A stretch of 64,000 nt of DNA from the human T2T-CHM13v2.0 reference genome, Homo sapiens. The notes beneath the pieces were generated by a model, which saw nothing but the letters and a program-made list of their open reading frames with translations, ran no database searches and had not been told where the DNA came from. Location of the stretch: the NCBI RefSeq assembly GCF_009914755.1, contig NC_060927.1; one strand, written 5' to 3'. Position 1 is the first letter of the stretch; each line of letters begins with the position of its first letter. The translations under genes and the position numbers were made by a program. Below are positions 1-10,965 of this stretch, one piece after another.

Positions 1-113
1 CAGAAGGAACAAACTCCAGACGCGCCACCTTAAGAGCTGTAACACTCACCACGAGGGTCCGCGGCTTCATTCTTGAAGTCAGTGAGACCAAGAACCCACC
101 AATTCCAGACACA
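1..113 (+). mobile_element. 3' end of an LTR12-family (ERV9) LTR, cut by the window start
   Basis: GAAGGAACAAACTCC...CTGTAACACTCACC...GTCCGCGGCTTCATTCTTGAAGTCAGTGAGACCAAGAACCCACCAATTCCAGACACA matches the LTR12 U5 terminus, ending in CA at 112-113. No internal proviral sequence is recognisable after it. Confidence 0.9.
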
Positions 114-2721
114 ATAGGAGATTCAAGATTTGAGCAAAGTCTGTGTAGACCAACAAGCTATAGAGACATTTCTTTATAAATAATTCTTTCTAGTGAGGCA
201 GGTTATTCTATGAGGTCAAATTAGGCAGAAGAAATTTAGAAAAGCCCTTCAACATCCACTTGGCCTTCCATGTAGATAAATTATTCTTAATGGAGGTAGG
301 GGGAGGGTTATTGCATCATGGTGTTTTAGAATTAGGAGTATGTGTAGCTTGAAAAACCACAGTCTCTAAATTTATTTTAAAATCCCCTAATATCTATAAT
401 TTTTATAGTACAAACCTCAGAAAGCTTGTCAAAATATTTTTGGCTGTCTAGTGGGAATACTTAGAAGATAGTGATTCTCTAACAAGTAACAGGAAAGTGA
501 AAAAGGAGTGTCCAAAAGAATTAAGGATAGGTTGAAGCACGAGGTTTTTGTGTTGATCAAAAGATTTCAGGATATCTAAAAACAGAAATTTGAAAACAGA
601 AATTAATGTAGAAACTTGGATGGGGTCTCTTCACCCACTTAATATTCGATATAATTGTTACTAACAACAATATAAGGAGACTGGGTCTGGGCATAGAACT
701 ATGTGAAACAAACAGGCAGGTGATGCCAAAATTCAGAAACTTTCTAGGCCAGGACCTTCACTGCTAAGGAAGCCATTCATAGACTGTTACTTTGTTATTT
801 ACTCTTTTTACATTTTGTTAGTTTCTTCTCCACACCATTAGCATAGAAAAACACAAGATGACTGCAACGTCAATATGACAACAAGGAATGATTCCGCTGG
901 CTGGAGTCGTGCTGTGATCTTGTCAGTCACAGGATTCTGATAGGAGACACTGTCCCCAAAGGTTTCTACCACACGGAGAACACATGGTAGGTAGCAAATT
1001 TAAGCAGGTTATATACCCAACCTGGACTTACCTTCTTGTCACGCAAACCCCCAAATGGCTTACTTTTAGGATTCTCGTATAAAAAAGCTGAACAACACTG
1101 ATGTGTGAATTAGTGAAGGTCAATGCTTGAGCTATATTTAAGGACCTGAGAGCCAAAAATAGTTTGTTTTCCAGTAAAATCCTTTTGTAAGCAACAGCTT
1201 ATAAAATGTTACAATCACAGCTGTGCAGAGGGTACAGAGAGATCTGTGCCTATGACCACGAGATTGGCCTTGGAGAGGTCTCAGAATAATGATACCACTC
1301 TGTTGTAAGGAACGAGACAAGCAGAAGCAACGTCCTCTCATTTATTCCAACCTATCTGAGCACTCCCTGCCACTTCTGTCCATCTCAGTTTATCTACAGC
1401 CCCAGCCAGGATCTGCAAATCCCATTTAACCGTCATAGGTTATCATTGCTTAATATTTGTGTGTAGCTGTTGTCTTGGTGTTTGTTCTTTTACAGCTCTT
1501 CATGAAGGCTCTGAAGACAGGCCACACATCTCATCTTCAATTTACAAACGATGAGAGCAAACAAGACCCAGAAAAGGGAAAGGTTTGCCTAAAGTGTCAT
1601 AGCTAATGTCAGAACCGTCTGCATCCAGGTTGTCCAGCCCCTTGTCTACACACTCACTATTGGTCCACAGGTTGCCTCAACCCGCCTTTCCTACCCACTA
1701 CAGAACATTCTTCCTTCAACAGGTTCCTTTTCGGAGGACAGTCATTTGGTAAATTTCCACAATCATTATAGAAAGTACCTGCCCATCACCACAAAAGATC
1801 AGATGAGTCTGACTTTACTTTTAATCATTCTTATTATCTTGTGAGATGGGACGCTTCTTTAGATTTATTAATTCCCATAAATGAAGAGTTTGGCTCATGA
1901 TAGCAGATTATTTGCTTTGGTCCTCCAAGCATAGGCTGTGTTGAGGCTGGAAGGAACAAGGATCAGAAACAAGCTGCTGTTTATCTCAGGGTAGCTTCAA
2001 TTATCACAACCAAGGAATGCTGTCTTGCCTCTTGGGTCAATCACCTAGGGCATCATTCAAACCACACCTCACAGTCTTCAGTTTGGTGATAGTCTATAAA
2101 AAGTCGTTTGAGATTCCTATTTCTATTAAAAAAGTATTAATGTAAATGGTAAATTATAGATTTATAAAATGTAAGCAGTAAGATTTTGTAGGGGGTTTAG
2201 TCTACCAAAGTCTACAAATGCTCAGAATTTTTAAAAGATATCATATTCAAAAAATATTCAAAAACTCCCTCTAAATTACAGAAATACTGTTTTAAAAATA
2301 CAAGTGGTCTATTTACATGTATTTCATTTTTACATCAAGGCCAGCTGAGCCATTAAAGTTGTCATACCTTTCATTTGTAGCTAATTCGTAAATACCTCTC
2401 TCCCTACATCTTTAAAAAGAGTAGTATTTTGCTAATAGTAACTAACAGTTCTTCTGCCTACTCCTCTGAGCTCAGAAGTTAAAATGATAGAGACATTTGG
2501 TCCATTTCCTTGCCCTAAACAGAAAATTTTCCATAAATGGTCATTTATCTTCTCTTAGCATTCTCTAAATGATCCATCTATTCTGCTGATGAAAAGCTCT
2601 GGAAATACTCAGGGTTCTGGTATCAGAACACAGTCCAAGGTTTACCTGTTATCTGAATGCAGGCCCCCCTATGCAGGCACATAATAGAATTTATCTTAAA
2701 CAATAAAAACAGATTCTAATA

Positions 2722-2952
2722 CCAGAGGCAGTATAACACAGAAGAAAGTTCTTAATTTTTGAAACAAACAAATGGGTTCAAACACTGACTCTGCCCTACC
2801 ACTTAATTATCTATGTAATTTTGAACAAGTTACCTAATTCCTGAGTATTGAAGTTTAGACTTACCGTGTTTAGAGTTGTTGTGATACTTCAATAGGCTCA
2901 TGAATATAAAGCATCTAGCAAGAACTGTACATGCAGGTGTTCAATAAATGTT
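2722..2952. mobile_element. MIR SINE remnant
   Basis: Degenerate MIR core (GGGTTCAAA...CTCTGCC...TTTGAACAAGTTACCTAA...GTTGTGA...TCAATAAATG); boundaries approximate. Confidence 0.55.
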
Positions 2953-3792
2953 TCCTGTGCTCCACTGTAGGTGTTGGTGCAACTTAGTAAGATTTTTAAA
3001 AATAATATTGTCAAAATGGATACTCCAAATGTGTAGATATATAAATCTAAACTTGAGACTAATTTGGAAACTGAGGCAATTTTAGTGAAAGCTAGAACAG
3101 CTACCCCAATCCATATTTTACGGATAAGGATATAAAATCAAAGAAACAAAATTTCAACTATATTCAAAGTTAGCCCCTTTTATCTTCTGTGATTAATTGG
3201 TGAGGCAGAAAATGGCAAGAGAAAAATATATCAATGCGCCCTCACCAAGGTCACATTAGGAGTCCATTCATCTTGAAAAGAGAGGGAGAGTGGTCCAGAG
3301 TGCAAACATTCTCATCTTAGCTGCCATACCAAATTAAGGCTATATATGTCTTTATACATCTTTGAACAACAGTGTATTTACATGATGGTTAATATTAGAC
3401 TTTTCTGAGATTTCTTGCTTATTCTTAACCACACAAACCCAGTCATACGGTCTCTCTGATGATCGCTGAATGTCGAGACCCAACCGCGGAGAAAAACTGT
3501 CAATTCAAACTCAGAAAAATAGTTACATTAAATCAATATAAAATTTCAGTGTGATATAGGAAATGGTTTACGAAACATGCTGCTTTTGAACTTATTGCTA
3601 ATAGCACTGGAAATGGGCATAAACTATTGTAAATTATTACAGCTTCAGTCCTAAAAAATAAAAATATATTTTTCCAGGTAATTAACATAAGGTAGAATTT
3701 TAGATATGTAATTCTCCATTGGTGAATATTTATTCTAAAGTGTTTAGATTATACATTCTTTAACTGTTGAAGAAATTATAGCATAAGAGTTG

Positions 3793-4142
<350 letters not shown>

Positions 4143-5379
4143 TGATTACATCCCTGTAATAATCTAAAAAATACATTTGTATTTACCTGACATTAATAAA
4201 GAAACAGCAACAGAGATTGATCCCTATTCTTCCTTTAATATTAGTAGTAGCTAGTGCTCCATTTAATGACAGAAAGGCTTATCCTCTAGGCAAGACTGTG
4301 GGAGAGTGAAAGAAGTCTTTCCCAGATTCCTACCTGAAACAGTCATACCAACAGCCCCTTCAGTGACTCAGAGAAAGGTTCTGGAGAGAGCTTACCGGGA
4401 TGGAACTTGAGGCACCTTCTCTAAAGACCACTGCTGAGCTTTGAAGCCACAGGAAGCCCCCAGACCCTGGGAGACCAACACCGCTGCTCAACACGCCTCC
4501 TGTTCCTTCCCAGCATTACCAGCAAAGGCTGAACTCCAACTCAGAAAATTCCTCTTGGTGAGGCAGTGATCTGATTCCAAACCACCAACGATTAGTTATG
4601 ACCAGGGGGCTTAATTCTCCAAGGAAGTGCATTATAAAAGTCACCCCAAAGAAACCTCCAGTTGGTGATATAAAAATATGTGTGTGTGCTCACACTCATG
4701 TATGTGCGTGTGCCTGTGGTACACAAGTGACTAGGAGCTCCTAACGTCCTTTCCACTTTTCCCACCTCTCCACCCAGAAGTAAGATTAGCTACATATGCC
4801 TGCCTCTCATTTTCTCTGAAATAATTCTGTATAGTACTTTCAGAAATATTTTTTAAATGTCTGGTCCTGGCTCCACCCACTTCTAAACCAACCTTTACTG
4901 GCATCTTTGGATCTTCCATTTCAGAAGAGAAAGCCAGGGGACAGAGAATAACCTACTCTCAAAATAGGTGAAACCAGCCTCATTAGAGAACTGAAGGCCC
5001 GTTGAGTAATAGCTTGTAAATACCCCCCGATCAAAAAGTCAGCCATGAATAATGTTAAAATTATGACTCCAGCCTTAAGGCATTGTATTCTGTGCTTGAA
5101 ACAGAAGTGATTTTAACCGATCTTCTGAACTTCAGGAGGACAGACTGGTTAGTAACTCAATGATTTGCTTAAATTTCAGATAAGAAAAGGTATTGGACTA
5201 CATCCCATTTCTAGCCCTCTCAGCATCTGAGCCAAAAGTCCGAGGTTATAGTACCAATAGGAAATTCCAGGAATTTTTTAAAGGATTTTAAAATTACTAG
5301 AGCCCAGAGGCCTCTGGACCTTTTTCGAGACGTTTAACCAAGAATTTGTAGAGTGATCTTCACTAGGACTAGAAGTGGC

Positions 5380-5413
5380 AAAAACAAAACAAAACAAAAA
5401 ACAAAACAAAAAC
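5380..5413 (+). repeat. (AAAAC)n microsatellite
   Basis: AAAAACAAAACAAAACAAAAAACAAAACAAAAAC read directly. Confidence 0.85.
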
Positions 5414-6020
5414 AGGGCCAAGAGGATCTTTGAAACTAGTTTCTTTTTATGCCTGTAATGGAGTTTTGTCTGAAAACATGGCACGTAAAATATTGCAAAT
5501 ATTGCTAAGTGTATTTGAGACACTAGTTCAGAGAATAGTTATGGTCGTTTATAGCTTAAAGAAACAGCTGTTGTAATATGCTTGCTACTTTGATGGTTTA
5601 CAACTATTTTAATCTACAAAGTGTAATGTAATGGTCAAAGTATCATACATTTTTAACAGGCTTTAGTAGAAGCATAATTATTATAGAGGCTATTTTTTTT
5701 GAATCAAATCAGATAGCATAAACCAGCTCTTAGATAAAATACACGGTAACCCTGATATCTGTCCCGAGAAAGAAAAGAGGCACACAACAACGGCAATAGT
5801 TTAAATATACTGAAGTAGTTTGGTATACCAGTTTAAATATTTTGATGAGCCAAATTCAAACTGGCTAAAATAACCCAAGTGTTGACTCATTTAACTAGAA
5901 AGTCTAGTGGAGATCTCAGATGTGGCGGGTGTGGTAGGTCATGTTTTAATTCCCAGCTCCCATAACGCCATCCAACGTCAGCTTCATCCTAAAGCTAGCT
6001 CTAGTCAAGATTGCGTGATA

Positions 6021-6280
6021 CAAGATCAGAAAACCAAACGCCACATGTTCTCACTCTTAAGTGGGAGTTGAACAATGAGAACACACGGACACAGGGAGGG
6101 GAGCATCACGCATCGGGGCCTGTCGGGGGGTAGGGGGCTGGGGGAGGGATAGCATTAGTGACGGGTTGATGAGTGCAGCACATCACCCAGGGCACGTATA
6201 TACCTATGTAACAAAACTGCACGTTCTGCACATGTAACCCAGAACTTAAAGTGTATTAAAAATAAATACACAAATAAATA
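6021..6280 (+). mobile_element. 5'-truncated L1PA (3'UTR end only)
   Basis: CAGAAAACCAAAC...CATGTTCTCACTC...GTGGGAGTTGAACAATGAGAACAC, G-rich tract, TGCACATGTAACCCAGAACTTAAAGT, A-rich tail; 14-bp TSD AAGATTGCGTGATA (6007-6020) and AAGATCGTGTGATA (6281-6294). Confidence 0.93.
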
Positions 6281-6639
6281 AAGATCGTGTGATAGTTGTC
6301 AGTAGCAAAAGAATCCAAATGCTTTCTCCTCCATATCCAGGGAGAGTGTATGTTTCTGTCCCAGCATTCCAGTTTGGAACGCTGAGCGTGTCCCTGACTG
6401 GAGCGGCTTACATTCTGTGTCGCTTGTTAATGTTGTGGCCAGGGAGATGGTTTGTGCAGATCAGCTTTTCCAATTATGACGCGTTTTCAGCACTAGGGAT
6501 GAAATCATTTCCTGAGAAGGACAAGGATGATGTGGCGGATAGACATTAGTAGTAAAACTGGGGAAAGAGGAAGACTGAATGTTGGTTGTTCACTATATGG
6601 ACAACTGGTCCGAAAGACACTAGCAAGCCCATGGCTGTA

Positions 6640-6645
6640 TTTATT
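6640..6645 (-). terminator. MB21D2: Candidate distal poly(A) signal (AATAAA) of MB21D2
   Basis: TTTATT on + strand is AATAAA on the minus strand, ~135 nt downstream of the proximal signal. Confidence 0.4.
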
Positions 6646-6754
6646 GAAAATTGCTGTTAGTATAATACTAATAAGAAAATATACTAATATATAAATATAC
6701 TAATATAATACTAATAAGAAAATAATTCCCAGATTACAAACAACAACAAAATTT

Positions 6755-8322
6755 CAAGGCCAGTATGTTTCTTTTTTTATTATTTTTGTGTTTGACTTAG
6801 ATGGTTGAAATGTTTTCATTTTTCATTTATAAGCATTACATTAATTTCCATGCAAAAACCCAAGATCGCATATGTCTGATTTCAATTGGCCAAAATCCAA
6901 CCCTTGAGTTTGGACATTCAAGACCAAAATGAACACGTTACTTGCCCTTTCTATGAGTAGACATCATGGGTGTCCTTTGAAAGATCAGCAGGCCTCCTGA
7001 CCTCTTAAACACCAGCTTGCCATGAGTCCACACCAAAACAGGGAGCCAATACCTTCCAGCACCTAATCAGGCAAGTAACTTCACTCATGAAGACAGGACA
7101 CCTCTATACCAAGGCTGCCACCCACAGATATTTCCTGGGTGCTGCTCTATAGCAATACCTGCTTTTGAACAGACGTGGTATCTTCTATTTGGGGATTATA
7201 AGTTCTTCCTGCCAGTTTTTCTCAAAACTCTCAGGAAGAGTAGAGATTTTACAAAAAAGCTTACCTCTATGACCCCAAAAGAAATAAATACAAAGACACC
7301 TACTTCATCAAGTGTATATTTTCCCCAGCTTTAGATGGGGTCAACATGTATAAAGCTTTAACAACTTCTCTCAGTAAGACAGGAACCAGGAATATCAAAG
7401 AGGGCAAAGCAGGACCCCACAACTGAAGGAGAACTAAGCAAATGCAAAGAATCATTTCACTGATAGAAATGGGCAAAATGAAAAAATGATAGAATTTCGA
7501 GAGTGGTTGTTAATTTATATTGAAACACACTTTGCAATTCTGACAATGGCAAAGATTAGTGCAAATAATAATTATAATGGTATGTTCTTTAATAGGATTT
7601 AAATAAGGCTTCAAATAATTACATATGCTAAAATTAACATTTGGAAACCTTAATTCTGCTTGGAAAACTGTCAAAGACACCCTTCAAACCACCCAGTGTT
7701 CTCTGATTTGAGGACAATTACATTCAATGAAGTTGCTCCAAAACACAATTTGTAGTATTATCACTTTCAAAGTTTACATTGTTTGGTGGAAAAGGGGGGA
7801 AACTACTCTGGTCACTGGCCAAAATAAATAAATCCAGCTAACATGCCAAGTAGTTCCCAGGTTCATATGATTCTCAAATATCAGTAGTGGTGAAAGCTCA
7901 TAAGAAAAAAGACAAAAACAAAATAATAAAAATAATAGGATAGAATCGTTAAGCATCAGAAAGAGATTTGTTTCCCCATACCCATGAACAAATTTGCACC
8001 AAGTATGAAACAGAAAAAAGCAAGAGGATTCATGGGCATTTTCATCTATGGCTTAAGATCTCCTTAAAAAGAAAAAAAACTCCAACAAACTAAAGAGCAT
8101 GACAATAACTACAAAAAGTAAACAACGAAATCAGAGGCAGAATATGAAATAGTAATATACTGTTTCAGAGCCTGCACCATCCTGCAGAACCAGGAAACTT
8201 AAAATTTGTTCTTAACAAATCCAATCTAGGCTGGATATGTAAAAAACAGAAAGATAGCATCACAAACCACACGACACATTATCAGAGTTTAAGAATCAGG
8301 AAAAAAAAAAGTCAGCTAACAC
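6755..8322 (-). other. MB21D2: 3'UTR of MB21D2 (~1.55 kb, no interspersed repeats, U-rich)
   Basis: Lies between the stop codon and the poly(A) signal; no recognisable interspersed repeat; 3' boundary approximate. Confidence 0.7.
6776..6781 (-). terminator. MB21D2: Poly(A) signal (AATAAA) of MB21D2; cleavage expected ~6750-6762
   Basis: TTTATT at 6776-6781; on the minus strand it is followed ~25-45 nt later by a GU/U-rich element (TTTTGTTGTTGTTTGT, complement of ~6736-6751). Confidence 0.7.
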
Positions 8323-9587
8323 TCAGAAAAATTTGTCATCAATTCTGAAATGGGGCCTTGTGACATCGTCAGGATTGATAAAGACAGAGATTGACTTTCC
8401 CGGGTTCTCAGTCACTAGCTGCTGCAGTTTTTTTGCCAAACGGTCATCAGGCTGGTTGGGGTCCCCTCCGTCAGACTGTGGAGAGGGGATGCTGGTGGTG
8501 CTACCTCGCCTCTGGAGCTCCAGTGTCAGCCGGTTGGCTGCCTTGACATGCTCAATGGCGGTGCGCAAGTGCTCTGCCGGGTCTGAGCGCACAGAGGACA
8601 GCTTCCGGGCGTGAAGCATGACTGTCTCCTCAGACAGATGTTCCAGCATGTTGCACTGAGGGATGAAATAATTGGGGCACATCTTGTTGACCAGACAGTG
8701 TTGCAGGTCATCGATGAGGCCCAGCAAAAAGTGGGCTGCATAGTCTTCTTGAGCCAAGTAGTTGGCAGGAAGTCTGTCGCAGGCCCAGAGCATCATGCTC
8801 CGCAGGTGATAGGGGCTAATAGCCTTGGGCCGGGACAGCAGTTTAATGATGATGGCTTTGCAGGCCTGATAGGCCTGCATGAGGCTGCTGGAGATGCACT
8901 TCTTCAACTGCACCTCGCTCCTGGCAAAGGACAGCCGCCATTCATTGTCCTTCTTACCCTTGTAGGAGCAAGCAGGCACCAAGTAAAACCCACTGATGAC
9001 CTCTTCCTCAGTAATCTTCCCATCCCAAAAGTGGTTCTCCATGAGCCAGCTCTGGGCCACTGCAGGCCAACCTTTGAAAGATACCACAGGGACAATATCA
9101 TACAACATGCGACTACTCCCTACACCCAGAATGATGGAGATGATGGTCCCATTTTTTTCCACCTTTTCTACCTTTGGCATCCCTCGCTGGGGTTTCTTCT
9201 GTATTTCTGATAGGACAATGCTGATAGAGTCATAGAACCAGTCAGCCACTTTGGTAGGTGAGAAGAAGTAGTTGGTGGCACCATTGATGTGATCTACAAT
9301 GGTGCAGCAGTCTTTCCATTTACTGATTGTCCCCTCATCAAAGAGCCGAAGGCTCAGCCAAGAGTGGCACAAGGCTGAGTGGCGCATGTCGAGTGTCACA
9401 GGCTGATTACGGTCATGCAGCTTGAGGGCTGGCACCAAGAGGGTAAAGTCCATATCATAGTCAGTACCCCGGGCATAGACATTAAGCTCATCTAAGTCCA
9501 GGTCCACCACGCCTTCCCGGACACCTCCAGAGAGCAACAGGTATTCATTAGCCACTGGAAGCTTTTGGTCCAGCTTTTGCACCATTC
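8323..9587 (-). CDS. MB21D2: MB21D2 (C3orf59) terminal coding exon: Mab-21/cGAS-like nucleotidyltransferase-fold protein, residues ~G71-F491
   Basis: The long ORF from GMVQKLDQKLPVANEYLLLSGG to HFRIDDKFF* matches recalled human MB21D2. It has Mab-21/cGAS motifs SGG..DMD, YDIVP, WRLSFARSE, SPYHLR and PNYFIPQCNML. The exon begins after a pyrimidine tract plus CAG (phase 1, GA|ATG). Its 1265 coding nt plus 211 nt from an upstream exon would give 491 aa and a stop. Confidence 0.97.
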
Positions 9588-9625
9588 CTGGAAATAAAGA
9601 AGAAAAAAACAACACTATTACAGGA
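9588..9625 (-). promoter_or_regulatory. MB21D2: 3' splice site (polypyrimidine tract + AG) of the MB21D2 terminal exon
   Basis: Minus strand reads CTGTAATAGTGTTGTTTTTTTCTTCTTTATTTCCAG|GAATGG, with AG at 9589-9588. Confidence 0.92.
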
Positions 9626-10187
9626 AACACAGACATAAGAGTCTTATGCATGAAACAGAATGCTCTGATGTTCCAAGAACCAAAACTCATTATCAGTACT
9701 AAATCAAATCTCAGGCTGCTGCAGAGACCTGGCCAACAGTACTTTCTCACTAGTGCTAGAATCCACCCTTTTCCAAATGCAAGAATTATGATAGATTTTT
9801 CTCTCTCAGTGTGAAAAGCAGTATCGTTTTCAATAATAAAACAGGGCCCCTCTTCCCCCAGTCATCATCTCAGTTAATGGAATTGCCATCCACTCAGTTA
9901 TGCAGACTGAAAACCTCAGTACATTTCAACTCTTTGCTGCCCTTCTACTGCCAAATCTTTTCCATGGAACCTCTGCCAGGGTTTCTCACTTCCTTCCCTG
10001 TTCTCCATCTCTCCTGCCATCATATGAAGTTCGGCCTTTTTTATCTATTGCCTAAGCGGTTTTCTTTCCCCAGGCTCTTTGCGCTTACACTCTTCTTTGT
10101 ACCAGCGGTTCTCAGTGTGGGCTGGAGACACTTTCAGGGGTAATGAGTTCATAACTCTCTTTATAATAATACTAACACACTGTTTGA

Positions 10188-10316
10188 CTTTTTTTTTAAG
10201 AGACAGGGTCTTGCTATGTTGCCCAGGCTGGTCTAAAATTCCTGGCCTCAAGCAATTCTCCTACCTCGGCTTCCCCCAAGTGCTGGGATTACAGGCATGA
10301 GCTACCACGCCCAGTC
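10188..10316 (-). mobile_element. Free left Alu monomer (FLAM-C/AluJ-like)
   Basis: Single monomer AGACAGGGTCTTGCTATGTTGCCCAGGCTGGTCT...GTGCTGGGATTACAGGCATGAGC; TSD-like flanks TGTTTGAC and TGTCTGAC. Confidence 0.85.
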
Positions 10317-10329
10317 TTGTCTGACTTTT

Positions 10330-10965
10330 TTACTGTGTTGCCATTGTACTAATGGCACAGAAACAAGGGAGGATAATATTGCCAGTGCCTTAGCAGCAAA
10401 GACACTGATGCCAAACTGTACTAGCAGTCAGTAGGTTCTTTACCACTGACATGCATTAGCAATTTTTTTTTAAAAAACCCAGTTTTACTTAAGAAAATCC
10501 TTGATGGAGAAGAAAAATAAGTTATTTTATTGAATCTCAACCTCTGAGCCATTAGAAAGACTATCTTCCTAATAGTCTGTGTGATGAAATGGAAATAACC
10601 ATAAAACCCGTCTTCCTCATACTGAAATAGGAAATCTGTCTTCAGGAAAAGCACTCACGTAACTGAGTTGTGAGCTGAACTAGCCTCTTTGTTCATGGAA
10701 CGCCATTTTTACTTTAAAGAACAACAGAAAACTATGGCTATTTAGATTTGGGTATTTGGTAGACATTTTCTTCAGAAATGAACAAAATGAGCCTGGCTTC
10801 AAGGAAACTACTGACAATATTTATTGCCAATGATAAAGCTGAAATTTCTAAGGGAAAATTAAATTTAGAAAACTCCGCACCATGAGCGTGACATCTTCTC
10901 GAATTGTATACGTTTCTGATTAAATTGGCGATGATATTAACAAATGTGATTTTTTAAGAGATTGT
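10330..10965 (+). mobile_element. hAT-Charlie (Charlie1-like) DNA transposon fragments
   Basis: TGAGTTGTGAGCTGAACTAGCC...TTCATGGAACGCCATTTTTACTT...AAACTATGG...TTGGGTATTTGGTAGACATTTTC...TTCAAGGAAA...GCCAATGATAAA resembles decayed Charlie1 transposase sequence. Confidence 0.7.

Noticed and set aside
8611-9210. 199-aa + strand ORF and other short ORFs overlapping the exon
   Set aside because: Antisense or alternate-frame shadows of a GC-rich coding exon; no recognisable domain, promoter or splice context.
9588-9750. First 54 aa of the 475-aa ORF (MRKYCWPG...SSLFP) as a true N-terminus
   Set aside because: It starts at GTG and runs through the polypyrimidine tract and AG acceptor. It is intron that happens to be open, and does not match the recalled MB21D2 N-terminus.
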